Part shown: positions 18,126-28,578 of the stretch, piece after piece
Numbering within the stretch: position 1 is the stretch's first letter
How the letters are laid out: each line of letters starts with the position of its first letter
Source: Thermoproteota archaeon
GTDB lineage: Archaea; Thermoproteota; Methanomethylicia; Methanomethylicales; Methanomethylicaceae
Direction of reading: 5' to 3'
DNA length: 64,000 nucleotides
Assembly (NCBI GenBank): GCA_020832905.1
Contig: JAJHRG010000001.1
Location: 564,940 to 628,939 of the forward strand
Position numbers and translations under genes: made by a program
Notes under the pieces: model-generated
Database searches by the model: none
Seen by the model: only the letters and a program-made list of their open reading frames with translations
Told to the model about the DNA's origin: nothing

Positions 18126-19985
18126 TTAAAGCTTTTCTAATTCCTTAGCAACATCTTCTAATCCTATTTTTATTAATTTTTCTTTTGTTGGAATTCCTGT
18201 TCTTTTATCCCATCCTTTTAAAGTATAGAAATCATCTAGCATTTTATTTAATGTTTGTTCATCTGTATACATACCTTTAGATGGTCCTTCAGGTATAGGC
18301 TCTTCTAAAAATCTTCTTGGTAAAGTATCATCTTTTCTTCTTATTCCTGTTCTTACATTAAATGCTCTTTCTAGATCTAAAATTCTTTCTGCTACTTCTA
18401 CAAGTTCTTCAAATTTATAATTAAAACCTGTAACAATATTTATCATTTCTACATATTTTGGATTTAATGTAAATCCAAGTAGTCTTTCTAAGAAGTGACA
18501 TATAATCATAGAATCACCTATTGTAGTAAATTGCATTGTTCCTATTACCCATGCTGCTTTTCCTTCTACAGCTTTTCTATCTGAAGCTCCTGCATATTCA
18601 CCTGTTGGTCTTGGATCATGATGACTTCCACCTCTAGATGCAACTGCATATCCTAATGCCATTCCTCTTAATGCTCTAGCAGAATGACCAGGTATTTCTA
18701 AGCCTTTAACTTGTATAGCAAATCTTTCAGATCCTTTTCCTATAATTCTAGCTGCTCTTAATGATCCTTCAGCAATTAAATCTCCTATTCCTATTCTTTT
18801 TGCAGTTTTTTCAATTAGATCTATTACTGCATCATCATTACCAAATTTTAATTCAATACCTCCTGTAAAGTTCTTATCTATAAGTCCTTTTTCATAACAT
18901 TCCATTAGGAAAGAAATAGTAACACCACAGGATACTGTATCCATACCATATTCATCACATAAACTATCTGCTTTAATAATAGCTCCTCCATCACTTATAC
19001 CACACATAGAACCAAAAGAATAAAGTGTTTCATAATCTGGTCCTTCTGAAATTGCTCCTTTCCACTTACCTTCTTTTACACTAAATATCTTACTACAAGC
19101 AATTGGACATGCTGGACATGCCATATCCTTATCCCAATATTTCTTTTTTAATGTTTCACCACATATTCCTTCCCATCCTTCAAAATATTCAGTTTGATGA
19201 TTTCTTGTTCCCATAGCTCCAAATATATTATTTATAGAAGAAACTAGTGAAGGTGTTCCATAAGTTGGTAATATTGATGAAATTCCAGGAACTTTCTTTG
19301 ATTCTTCATTATACCATTTTAACCAGTTTTCTAATCCTTCAGGATCTGCTACTTCATTTGTACCTGAACCTCTTACAGCTATTGCTTTAAGTCTTTTAGA
19401 ACCCATTACTGCTCCTAATCCGCCTCTTCCAGCAGCTCTATATTCAGTAATAATACATGCATATCTTACAAGATTTTCTCCAGCAGGACCAATAGCAGAA
19501 ACACTTATTGTTGGATCACCTATTTCTTCTTTAATCATTTCTTGTGTTTCACTTGTTAGTCTACCCCATAATCTTTCTGCACTTCTAAATTCAATTTTAT
19601 CATCATCAATGAAAATGTAAATAGGCTTTTCAGCTCTACCAGTTATTAATATTCCATCATAACCAGCATATTTTATTTGAGCTCCCATATGACCTCCACT
19701 AATACTATCAAAGAAGCCATTTGTAAGAGGAGATTTAGAAGCTACATGATATTTTCCTGATGTTGGTATGTATATTCCTTGAAATGGACCTGTCATTATT
19801 GATATTACATTTGTAGGATCAAAAGCATCAATTCTTGGATCTATCATATCAAATAATAGTCTTGCTGAAAAACCATTTCCTCCTAAGTATTTTCTTGCAA
19901 ATTCATCAGTTATTTCTAAAATAGAAGTTTTCTTTGTTGTTAAATTTATCATTAATATTTTTCCTTTATAACCAAAATATTTCAT
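18126..19985 (-). CDS. aor: Tungsten-containing aldehyde:ferredoxin oxidoreductase (AOR family)
   Basis: 619 aa. AOR N-terminal domain pattern (KILMINLTT..., GGNGFSARLL) and conserved C-terminal blocks. Confidence 0.85.
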   Translation of the reverse strand: MKYFGYKGKILMINLTTKKTSILEITDEFARKYLGGNGFSARLLFDMIDPRIDAFDPTNVISIMTGPFQGIYIPTSGKYHVASKSPLTNGFFDSISGGHMGAQIKYAGYDGILITGRAEKPIYIFIDDDKIEFRSAERLWGRLTSETQEMIKEEIGDPTISVSAIGPAGENLVRYACIITEYRAAGRGGLGAVMGSKRLKAIAVRGSGTNEVADPEGLENWLKWYNEESKKVPGISSILPTYGTPSLVSSINNIFGAMGTRNHQTEYFEGWEGICGETLKKKYWDKDMACPACPIACSKIFSVKEGKWKGAISEGPDYETLYSFGSMCGISDGGAIIKADSLCDEYGMDTVSCGVTISFLMECYEKGLIDKNFTGGIELKFGNDDAVIDLIEKTAKRIGIGDLIAEGSLRAARIIGKGSERFAIQVKGLEIPGHSARALRGMALGYAVASRGGSHHDPRPTGEYAGASDRKAVEGKAAWVIGTMQFTTIGDSMIICHFLERLLGFTLNPKYVEMINIVTGFNYKFEELVEVAERILDLERAFNVRTGIRRKDDTLPRRFLEEPIPEGPSKGMYTDEQTLNKMLDDFYTLKGWDKRTGIPTKEKLIKIGLEDVAKELEKL

Positions 19986-19991
19986 ATTTTA

Positions 19992-20423
19992 TCACCCTGA
20001 TAACCAAACTAATGTTAGTGCATTTTTTGGACAAGATTTAATACATTGAAATTCTCCATTACATGTATCACAAATTATTGGTTTTTTTGTTTCAGGATGA
20101 AGCTTTATTCCATGAAATGGACATGCTTCAATACATTTACCACAAGAATTACAAAGCTTTTCATCTACAACTATATTTCCATTAATATAAGATAATGCTT
20201 TTGTTGGACATGCTTTTATACAAAACTTCTTTTCACATCTTGTACATATGAAGTACTTAAGAGTTTTTATTCCTCTACGAACAATAGTAATTCTTGATAT
20301 AGAGGCACCATACTTACCATAATGGTATTTTGCACATACAAATTCACAAATTTTACAAAAACAGCATTTTTGAGGATCAAATCTTATAAATGGTTTTTTC
20401 TGTTGTGCAATTACTATGCTCAT
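19992..20423 (-). CDS. Polyferredoxin (multiple 4Fe-4S clusters), probably AOR-associated
   Basis: Several CxxCxxCxxxCP motifs in 143 aa. Sits immediately upstream of aor in the same orientation. Confidence 0.75.
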   Translation of the reverse strand: MSIVIAQQKKPFIRFDPQKCCFCKICEFVCAKYHYGKYGASISRITIVRRGIKTLKYFICTRCEKKFCIKACPTKALSYINGNIVVDEKLCNSCGKCIEACPFHGIKLHPETKKPIICDTCNGEFQCIKSCPKNALTLVWLSG

Positions 20424-20532
20424 TGCTTACACCTTATTTATAAAAAGTAAGAGGTGGTTTTATTTAATTTTTTTGAAAAAAGAAAATATTTATATAATAA
20501 TTCATACTGTCATTAAGTATTGTGGTGATATA

Positions 20533-21768
20533 ATGAGTGAGCCATGGAAGAGCAATATGTGGTTTGTAAGTCCATTTAATTATGATGAAGATCTTAGAAA
20601 AAAATTTTCTTTACCAAAAAGAGTAATATTTCATGATACAACCTTAAGAGATGGAGAACAACAAGCTGGTATTATATTTAGTAAATATGATAAAATAACA
20701 ATAGCAAAAGCTTTGAATAGAATTGGAGTTGATAGAATAGAAGTTGGTATACCTGGAATATCTAATGATGATAGAGAGGTAATTAGAGCATTAGTAGCAG
20801 CATCTTTAGAAGCTAAAATATATTCATGGTGTAGAAATATTAAGTTAGATATATCTATAGCAAAAGAATGTGAAAGCCAAGGTGTTATAATAGAAGTTCC
20901 TGCAAGTAAGCCAATGATAGAAAAAGTATATTCTACAAGTATAGAAGAATTAGAAAGAATATTACCAGAGAATTTACAGTATGCTAAATCAGAAGGAATG
21001 GAAACTTCAGTACTTCTTGTAGATGCTACAAGATCTGATATTGAAACAATTAAGAAAATAATTAGTATTGCTGAGAAGTATTGTGATGGAATTGCTATAT
21101 CTGATACTTTTGGATCAATTACTCCATTTGCTATGTTTTATCTTATAAGTAAAATAAGAGAATTTACAAAGAAACCAATAGAAGTTCATTGTCATAATGA
21201 TTTTGGACTTGCTACTGCTAATACAATTGCAGCAGTAGCAGCTGGAGCTTGTTGTGTTCATACTACTGTTATTGGAATTGGAGAGAGAGCTGGTAATGCA
21301 CCACTTGGAGAAGTTGCATTAGCTTTAAAATTATTAATGGGAGTAGAATCAAATATTAAATTAAAAGAATTATATAGAATATCTGATATAGTAGCTAAAT
21401 ATTCTGGTATATCAATTCCTTCAAATAAGCCAATAGTAGGAGAAAATATATTTAGAATAGAATCTGAACAAGCAGCAATGTGGTTAATTAAAGGAGAACC
21501 TCTATTAGCTTATCCATTTACAAAAGAATTAGTTGGTAATCCTAAATTTGAAATAACATTAAGTAAAAAAAGTGGTATAAACACATTAAAATTAAAGCTT
21601 AATGAACTTAAAATTAATGTTCCAGAAGAAAAATATACAGAAATTCTCAATAGAATATATCAGCATTCATTAGAAAAGAAAAATGCATTAACAGATGAAG
21701 AAATTTTAGAAATTTTAGAAAGTCTTGGAGTTTATAAATATAAAATAGAAGATTATATGAGAGCTTAA
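20533..21768 (+). CDS. LeuA/CimA/homocitrate synthase family enzyme (short form, no C-terminal regulatory domain)
   Basis: HDTTLRDGEQ and HCHNDFGLATANT motifs. I prefer ATG 20533 over the track start 20416, which adds a non-homologous extension. Confidence 0.75.
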   Translation: MSEPWKSNMWFVSPFNYDEDLRKKFSLPKRVIFHDTTLRDGEQQAGIIFSKYDKITIAKALNRIGVDRIEVGIPGISNDDREVIRALVAASLEAKIYSWCRNIKLDISIAKECESQGVIIEVPASKPMIEKVYSTSIEELERILPENLQYAKSEGMETSVLLVDATRSDIETIKKIISIAEKYCDGIAISDTFGSITPFAMFYLISKIREFTKKPIEVHCHNDFGLATANTIAAVAAGACCVHTTVIGIGERAGNAPLGEVALALKLLMGVESNIKLKELYRISDIVAKYSGISIPSNKPIVGENIFRIESEQAAMWLIKGEPLLAYPFTKELVGNPKFEITLSKKSGINTLKLKLNELKINVPEEKYTEILNRIYQHSLEKKNALTDEEILEILESLGVYKYKIEDYMRA

Positions 21769-21783
21769 ATCTTTTTTATTTTT

Positions 21784-22527
21784 ATGAGAATATTTAAAAA
21801 TATTTATATTCCACTACCATATCCTGCTTTATTTATTAAAAATCATAATATGTTGGTAATATCTGATATTCATATAGGTTATGAAACATACTTAAGAGAT
21901 AAGGGAATATATATTCCTCATAGAACTTTTTCTCAATTAAAATCTACTATTGATAATATTATAAATAAAATAAATCCAAAATCCTTAGTAATTTTAGGTG
22001 ATGTAAAACATGAATTTGGAAAACCAAATCCACAAGAATGGATTGAAGTAAAGGAGTTACTTTCATATTTATTAAGTAAGGGAATAGAAGTAAGTGTTGT
22101 AAGAGGAAATCATGATAATTATATAATTTCCATATTGAATAAGCTTGGTATTAAACTTTATGATCCTTTTATGATTATTGATAATATTATTATGTTTCAT
22201 GGACATAAGGAAATAGAAATTCCTAAGGAAATAAGAATAATAATAATGGGACATGAACATCCTGCAATAGCATCTAAGGATTTATCTGGCTCAAGATATA
22301 AGTTTAAATGTTTTCTAATTGGTAATATAAGTAAAAATAAAAAAATAATTGTTTTACCAGCATTTTCTCCATTATTTTCTGGTATGGGAATTAATGAAAT
22401 TCCAAAAGAAGAACTTTTATCACCTTTACTTAAATCTATTGATATAGATAAATTAACTCCATTAGTTATTGAAGAAGGTATAGGAGTTTTTAGATTTCCT
22501 CAAATTGGAATTATGAGATCATTTTAA
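21784..22527 (+). CDS. Calcineurin-like metallophosphoesterase
   Basis: DIHIG, GDVKHEFG, RGNHDN, HGH and GHEHP metal-binding blocks. Confidence 0.7.
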   Translation: MRIFKNIYIPLPYPALFIKNHNMLVISDIHIGYETYLRDKGIYIPHRTFSQLKSTIDNIINKINPKSLVILGDVKHEFGKPNPQEWIEVKELLSYLLSKGIEVSVVRGNHDNYIISILNKLGIKLYDPFMIIDNIIMFHGHKEIEIPKEIRIIIMGHEHPAIASKDLSGSRYKFKCFLIGNISKNKKIIVLPAFSPLFSGMGINEIPKEELLSPLLKSIDIDKLTPLVIEEGIGVFRFPQIGIMRSF

Positions 22528-22613
22528 AACTAATAAAAAAGTATTTATTAATGAATACAAAATTTAAAGAATAATGTGTGTTTATTTAGAATTAGTAGTA
22601 TTGAGGGCTCATT

Positions 22614-24299
22614 ATGAGAATCTTAGGTGCTAAAGCAATTGTAGAAGCCTTAAAAAGAGAAAAAGTTGAAGTAATCTTTGGAATCCCTGGTGGTGCAACT
22701 ATTCCTTTTTATGATGCTCTTTATGATAGTGATATAAGACATATATTAGCAAGACATGAACAATGTGCTGCTCATATGGCAGATGGATATGCAAGAGTAA
22801 AAGGAGTACCAGGAGTTTGTACTGCTACTAGTGGACCTGGTGCTACAAATCTTGTTACAGGAATAGCTACAGCATATATGGATAGTTCACCTGTTATTGC
22901 TATTACTGGACAAGTTCCAAGATCTATGATAGGAAAAGATGCATTTCAAGAAGCAGATATTGTTGGAATAGTAACTCCAATTACAAAATATGCTTTTCAA
23001 ATTACTTCAGCATCACAAATACCAGATGCAATAAGAACTGCATTTATAATTGCAAATACTAATAGAAAAGGACCTGTTCTAATAGACATACCAAAAGATG
23101 TACAACTTGAAGAAGTAGATTTTGATTATTCTGAAAGAATTATAATAAAAGGATATGTAGTAAGAAGTGGAGAACCACATCCATATTCTATAAAAAGAGC
23201 ACTTGGACTAATAATGAATGCTGAAAGACCTTTAATTATTGCAGGAGGAGGAGTTATTGCATCCAATGCAAGTGAAGAATTAATAAAATTTTCTGAATTA
23301 ATATTAGCACCTGTAGTTACAACATTAATGGGAAAAGGAGCAATTCCTGAAAATCATCCTCTTTGTTTAGGAATGATAGGAATGCATGGAAGAGTAGAAG
23401 CTAATAAGGCTGTAGAAGAAGCTGATGTTATAATAGCTATTGGAACAAGATTTGGTGATAGAACTACAGGAAAACTTGAAGAATTTGCAAAAAATGCAAG
23501 AATTATTCATATTGATATAGATCCTGCAGAAATAGGAAAAAATGTAAAAGTTGATGTACCTATTGTAGCAGATGCAAAAAAAGCTTTATCAGTATTATAC
23601 TCTAAGCTAATTGAAGTTGGATATTCTAAAAAAGAAAGTGAATGGATAAAAAGAGTAAATTATTTGAAGGAATATTATGCTCCAAATTATGAAGAAAAAG
23701 GAGAAGGATTAAAACCATCTAAATTAATGAAAATTTTAAGAAATATAATACCAGGAAAATCTATTATTACTACAGGTGTTGGACAAAATCAAATGTGGGC
23801 TGCATTACATTTTAAAGTTTTAGAACCTAGAACCTTCATAACATCAGGAGGATTAGGAGCAATGGGTTTTGGATTACCAGCAGCAATAGGTGCAAAAGTA
23901 GCAGCACCTGATAGACCTGTATTTGATATTGATGGAGATGGAAGTTTCTTAATGACAGAACAAGATTTAGCTACTGCAGTATCAGAAGCTATACCAATTA
24001 CTGTAATAATTTTAAGAAATAAAGCTTTGGGAATGGTAAGACAGTGGCAATGTCTATTTTGTAATAAGAGATATGCTTATACTGATCTTGGTAATACTCC
24101 AGATTTTGTAAAACTTGCAGAAGCTTATGGAGCTGAAGGAATAAGAGTAGAAAGTTATGAAGAATTTGAAACTGTAATAAGAAGAAGTCTAAATGCAGAA
24201 ATGCCTGTAGTAATTGATATACCAATATCTCCTGATGAAAAAGTATTACCAATGATTCCACCTGGAGGTAGCTATAAGGAGGTAATTTGGTATGGTTAA
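22614..24299 (+). CDS. ilvB: Acetolactate synthase large (catalytic) subunit
   Basis: TPP enzyme blocks (GIPGG, GDGSF). 561 aa. Followed by ilvN and ilvC. Confidence 0.9.
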   Translation: MRILGAKAIVEALKREKVEVIFGIPGGATIPFYDALYDSDIRHILARHEQCAAHMADGYARVKGVPGVCTATSGPGATNLVTGIATAYMDSSPVIAITGQVPRSMIGKDAFQEADIVGIVTPITKYAFQITSASQIPDAIRTAFIIANTNRKGPVLIDIPKDVQLEEVDFDYSERIIIKGYVVRSGEPHPYSIKRALGLIMNAERPLIIAGGGVIASNASEELIKFSELILAPVVTTLMGKGAIPENHPLCLGMIGMHGRVEANKAVEEADVIIAIGTRFGDRTTGKLEEFAKNARIIHIDIDPAEIGKNVKVDVPIVADAKKALSVLYSKLIEVGYSKKESEWIKRVNYLKEYYAPNYEEKGEGLKPSKLMKILRNIIPGKSIITTGVGQNQMWAALHFKVLEPRTFITSGGLGAMGFGLPAAIGAKVAAPDRPVFDIDGDGSFLMTEQDLATAVSEAIPITVIILRNKALGMVRQWQCLFCNKRYAYTDLGNTPDFVKLAEAYGAEGIRVESYEEFETVIRRSLNAEMPVVIDIPISPDEKVLPMIPPGGSYKEVIWYG

Positions 24300-24789
24300 T
24301 GATTTTCATATAATATCTGCACTTGTTGAAGATAAACCAGGAGTTTTATTCAGAGTAACATCATTAATAAGAAGAAGAAACTTCAATATAAATACTATAA
24401 CTGTAGGTGCAACTGAAAAAGAAGGAATTTCAAGAATTACATTAACAATGAGAGGAGATGAAAAAACTGTTGAGCAACTTATAAAACAATTAAGTAAAAT
24501 TCCTGATGTTATAAAAATAAGTGAAGTTAAGCCAGAGGAATCTGTATATAGAGAATTAGCTATTATTAGAGTTTCAGCAGAAGATCCTTTAAAGAGATCA
24601 GATATAATAAATTATGTTAATGTTTTTAGAGGAAGAATAGTAGATGTATCAAAGGATTCTCTTACTATAGAAATAATAGGAAGACCAACAAAAATTAATG
24701 CTTTTATAGAAATAATAAAAGGATTTGGAATAATAGAAATGGCAAGAACAGGTATTGTAGCATTACCAAGAAAATTAAAGACAGAATAA
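24292..24789 (+). CDS. ilvN: Acetolactate synthase small (regulatory, ACT) subunit
   Basis: [17 protein letters not shown]-domain start. 165 aa. Overlaps ilvB. Confidence 0.85.
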   Translation: MVNDFHIISALVEDKPGVLFRVTSLIRRRNFNINTITVGATEKEGISRITLTMRGDEKTVEQLIKQLSKIPDVIKISEVKPEESVYRELAIIRVSAEDPLKRSDIINYVNVFRGRIVDVSKDSLTIEIIGRPTKINAFIEIIKGFGIIEMARTGIVALPRKLKTE

Positions 24790-24820
24790 TTTTTTAAGTA
24801 AGTATGATTTTTATAAAATT

Positions 24821-25804
24821 ATGGTAGAAATATACAGAGATGGAGATTTATCTGTTTTAAAGAATAAAACCATAGGCATTTTAGGCTATGGAAGCCAAGG
24901 AAGACATCAAGCACTTAATATGAGAGATAGTGGACTAAATGTAATAATAGGATTAAGAAAAGGAAGTAAGTCATGGCAAAAAGCAAAAGAAGATGGTTTT
25001 GAAGTATATGAAGTAGCAGAAGTCTCAAAAATATCTGATTTTATAATATTTCTAATACCAGATGTAGAACAACCAGCTGTATATAATAAAGAAGTTGCAC
25101 CATATATGAAAGATGGAAAAATTCTTGGTTTCTCTCATGGATTTAATATACATTTTGGATTAATAAAACCACCAAAAACTGTAGATGTAATTATGGTTGC
25201 TCCAAAAAGTCCAGGAGTTAGAGTACGTGAAGAATTTCTTAAAGGCTCAGGAGTTCCAGCTTTAGTAGCAGTTTATCAAGATGCAACTGGAAAAGCTTGG
25301 GATGAAGTACTTGCATGGGCAAAAGCAATAGGTTCTACAAGAATTGGAGTAATAAAAACAACATTTAAAGAAGAAACAGAAACAGATTTATTTGGAGAAC
25401 AATGTGTACTAGTTGGAGGTTTAATGGAACTTATAAAGAAAGCATTTGAAGTTCTTATTGAAAATGGATATCAACCAGAAATAGCATATTTTGAAGTATT
25501 GAATGAAGCTAAACTCATTATGGATTTAATATATCAAGGAGGATTAGAGAATATGCTAAAAGGTGTAAGTGATACTGCAAAATATGGAGGATTAGTTTAT
25601 GGTCCAAAAGTAATAGATGATCATGTAAAATCAAATATGTATAAAATACTTGAAAATATAACAAGTGGAAGATTTACAAAAGAGTGGATGGGAAATCCTG
25701 AAGAAAGCTATAAGAAATTAAATGAATTAATGAATAAAATTAAAGAACATCCAATAGAAAAAACAGGAAAAGAATTAAGAAAATTAATAGGAATTGAAAA
25801 ATAA
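24821..25804 (+). CDS. ilvC: Ketol-acid reductoisomerase
   Basis: GYGSQG Rossmann motif. Class I KARI length of 327 aa. Confidence 0.9.
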   Translation: MVEIYRDGDLSVLKNKTIGILGYGSQGRHQALNMRDSGLNVIIGLRKGSKSWQKAKEDGFEVYEVAEVSKISDFIIFLIPDVEQPAVYNKEVAPYMKDGKILGFSHGFNIHFGLIKPPKTVDVIMVAPKSPGVRVREEFLKGSGVPALVAVYQDATGKAWDEVLAWAKAIGSTRIGVIKTTFKEETETDLFGEQCVLVGGLMELIKKAFEVLIENGYQPEIAYFEVLNEAKLIMDLIYQGGLENMLKGVSDTAKYGGLVYGPKVIDDHVKSNMYKILENITSGRFTKEWMGNPEESYKKLNELMNKIKEHPIEKTGKELRKLIGIEK

Positions 25805-25827
25805 GAAAAAAGAGGGAGAGCAAATGG

Positions 25828-27417
25828 GTGGTTATCAAATCCAAAGTAGTTGAAATATATGATACTACATTACGTGATGGTGCTCAATCAAAAGATGTAA
25901 TTTTTTCACTTCAAGATAAATTAAGAATTACATCAAAACTTGATGAATTTGGAGTACATTACATAGAAGGAGGATGGCCTGGTTCAAATCCAAAGGATGA
26001 AGAATATTTTAAAAAAGTAAAAGAGCTTTCATTAGAAAATTCTGAAATTGTTGCTTTTGGAAGTACTAGAAGACCTAATCTAAAAGTTCATGAGGATTCA
26101 AATATTAATGCATTAATAAAAAGTGATGTAAGAACTGTTACAATATTTGGAAAGAGTTGGGATTTACATGTAAAAAGTGTATTAAATACAACATTAGAAG
26201 AAAATCTTAATATGATTTTTGAATCTATTTCTTATCTTAAAGAACATGGATTAAGAGTATTTTTTGATGCTGAACATTTTTATGATGGCTTTAAGAATAA
26301 TAGGAATTATGCTATAGATGTTTTAAAAACAGCAGTTGAAGCTAAAGCTGATGTAATAATATTATGTGATACAAATGGAGGTACATTACCTCATGAATTT
26401 TTTGAAATAACAAAGGAAGTAAAATCTCTTATAAATATACCAATAGGTGTACATTGTCATAATGATTCTGGTGTAGCAGTAGCAAATTCCTTACTTGGTG
26501 TAATTGCTGGAGCAATACAAATACAAGGAACAATAAATGGAATTGGTGAAAGATGTGGTAATGCTGATATATGTCAAATAATACCTGCTTTAGAATTAAA
26601 AATGGGTATTCGTGCATTAAAAACACCAAAAGAAAAATTAAGATATTTAAAGCAACTTTCTCTATATCTATATGAAGTTCTTCATATGAAACCTAATCCA
26701 TATCAACCTTATGTTGGTGAAAATGCTTTTGCACATAAAGGAGGAGTACATGTAGATGCTGTATTAAAGAATAGAATTGCTTATGAACATATTCCACCTG
26801 AAGAAGTAGGAAATATAAGATTATTTTCTGTATCTGAATTATCAGGAAGAGCAAATATTATTGCAAAAGCAAAAGAATTTGGATTTGATATTAAAAAAGA
26901 TGATCCTGTTGTTACTCGTATTTTAAATAAAATAAAAGAATTAGAATATAAAGGCTATCATTTAGAAGGAGCTAATGGAACTTTATACTTAATAATAGCA
27001 AAAGAACTTGGACTATATAAAAAATTATTTCATGTAATAAAATGGCGTACAATAAGTGAATCATATAATGGTAATACATTTGCAGAAAGTTCTATTAAAA
27101 TAAAAGTTGGTGATAAGGAAATATTTGTTATAGCAGAAGGAAATGGACCAGTAAATGCACAAGATAGAGCTATAAGAAAGGCAATGATAGAATTCTTTCC
27201 TGAAATTGAAAAAGTTCAATTAATAAATTACAAAGTATCAATTGCAGATACTGCTCAAGGTACAGCTTCATCTGTTAGAACATTTATAGAATTTACAGAT
27301 GGAAAAACTAATTGGATTACTGTAGGTGTTTCTACAAATATATTAGAAGCAAGTAAAGATGCTCTTATTGATGGATATGATTACTATTTGCAAAGATTAA
27401 GAAGTAATAGTAAATAG
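25828..27417 (+). CDS. 2-isopropylmalate synthase / (R)-citramalate synthase (long form with C-terminal LeuA-dimer regulatory domain)
   Basis: GTG start after AGAGGGAGAG. TLRDGAQS and HCHNDSGVAVANS motifs. 529 aa including the C-terminal regulatory domain. Confidence 0.85.
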   Translation: MVIKSKVVEIYDTTLRDGAQSKDVIFSLQDKLRITSKLDEFGVHYIEGGWPGSNPKDEEYFKKVKELSLENSEIVAFGSTRRPNLKVHEDSNINALIKSDVRTVTIFGKSWDLHVKSVLNTTLEENLNMIFESISYLKEHGLRVFFDAEHFYDGFKNNRNYAIDVLKTAVEAKADVIILCDTNGGTLPHEFFEITKEVKSLINIPIGVHCHNDSGVAVANSLLGVIAGAIQIQGTINGIGERCGNADICQIIPALELKMGIRALKTPKEKLRYLKQLSLYLYEVLHMKPNPYQPYVGENAFAHKGGVHVDAVLKNRIAYEHIPPEEVGNIRLFSVSELSGRANIIAKAKEFGFDIKKDDPVVTRILNKIKELEYKGYHLEGANGTLYLIIAKELGLYKKLFHVIKWRTISESYNGNTFAESSIKIKVGDKEIFVIAEGNGPVNAQDRAIRKAMIEFFPEIEKVQLINYKVSIADTAQGTASSVRTFIEFTDGKTNWITVGVSTNILEASKDALIDGYDYYLQRLRSNSK

Positions 27418-27463
27418 TAACTTTTATAGTTTTTATTTAATCAAATTATTTTGTGAATTAAAG

Positions 27464-27709
27464 ATGAGTGATTTAAAACAATACATAGAAGAGACAATAT
27501 ATAAAATACTAATAGAAAATCTTAAGAAAGGAAATTTTTCTGCAAATCTTAAAATAGAAATAGATATGCCAATAGAAATAAAAGGAGTAAAAGGAAGAAT
27601 AGTAGGTGAAATTACAATTGGAGATACTTTAAAAGAAGTAAAAATAAATAAAACTGAAGAGGTTAATTTAAATGAAATTGAAAATATATTAAAATCTCTT
27701 GGAGTATAA
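27464..27709 (+). CDS. Hypothetical small protein
   Basis: 81-aa ORF. Confidence 0.3.
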   Translation: MSDLKQYIEETIYKILIENLKKGNFSANLKIEIDMPIEIKGVKGRIVGEITIGDTLKEVKINKTEEVNLNEIENILKSLGV

Positions 27710-27768
27710 TAAGAGACAAATTTTTAAGATTTACTTCCCTTTATATTATTTGGAGAAAATAATTTGCA

Positions 27769-28578
27769 ATGAAAATCATTAACTTATTATTACTAAGTCT
27801 ATTATTTTCACTTATACTAGCTTATCCTATATTAGCTCAATCTAATAATATGTACATAAAACTTCAAAAATTTACAATTTATGATATTAATCGTGATTTT
27901 ATATACATAGAATATTTAGGAGAAGAAGATATTATAGTTTTAATTGTAAAATCAGATTCTAATTTAGATATAGTAAAACAAAGTATCGGTATTGGTTATG
28001 GTAGTATTACAATACATATTAAAAATACTTCATATAAATTAGGATCATGTATAATTGCTTTATTCTCTACAAAATCCTTTTTACTAAATATATCTATGAG
28101 AATGGGAGAAATACCACTACAAACTCAAACAATTTCTGTACCTGCTAATATTACATTACAAATGGAAATACCAATAGAATATGGTGGTTATCAACAGCCA
28201 ATATATACTATTACTAATGTTTCATATACTCCATATTTTCCAATATGGACTCTTTTAACATATGCTATAATATTACCAATGTTTATTATAACAGGATATT
28301 TAGATAAAAACTCATTGAAAATTATGAGAAAACGTTGGACACAATTAGATACATTTGCCATTATAATAAGATATGCTTTTTATGCTTTTTTAGTAATATT
28401 CATTATAGTAACTATTGAAATTGTAGTAGAATACATATTATCTAGACTTAATATTTATGCAATAAGTTTACATATAGGAGATTGGTTTATCTCATGTATT
28501 TTATTTTCTATATTTACTATAATATATGGAATAGGAAAATGGAGGGGAATATTTGAAAATGTTGATGGAGAAGAGTGA
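27769..28578 (+). CDS. Hypothetical membrane protein with N-terminal signal peptide
   Basis: Signal-like N-terminus plus C-terminal TM helices. Confidence 0.35.
   Translation: MKIINLLLLSLLFSLILAYPILAQSNNMYIKLQKFTIYDINRDFIYIEYLGEEDIIVLIVKSDSNLDIVKQSIGIGYGSITIHIKNTSYKLGSCIIALFSTKSFLLNISMRMGEIPLQTQTISVPANITLQMEIPIEYGGYQQPIYTITNVSYTPYFPIWTLLTYAIILPMFIITGYLDKNSLKIMRKRWTQLDTFAIIIRYAFYAFLVIFIIVTIEIVVEYILSRLNIYAISLHIGDWFISCILFSIFTIIYGIGKWRGIFENVDGEE

Noticed and set aside
20416-20532. Track start of the short LeuA-family ORF at 20416
   Set aside because: The N-terminal extension (MLIAYTLFIKSKRWF...) overlaps the divergent ferredoxin gene and promoter and has no homology. ATG 20533 precedes the conserved N-terminus.
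22072-22260. 62-aa ORF antisense in the metallophosphoesterase gene
   Set aside because: Antisense. Low-complexity.
23998-24309. 103-aa ORF antisense to ilvB/ilvN junction
   Set aside because: Antisense to conserved genes. Leu/Gln-rich artefact.
26429-26629. 66-aa ORF antisense in the long LeuA gene
   Set aside because: Antisense to the conserved HCHND region.
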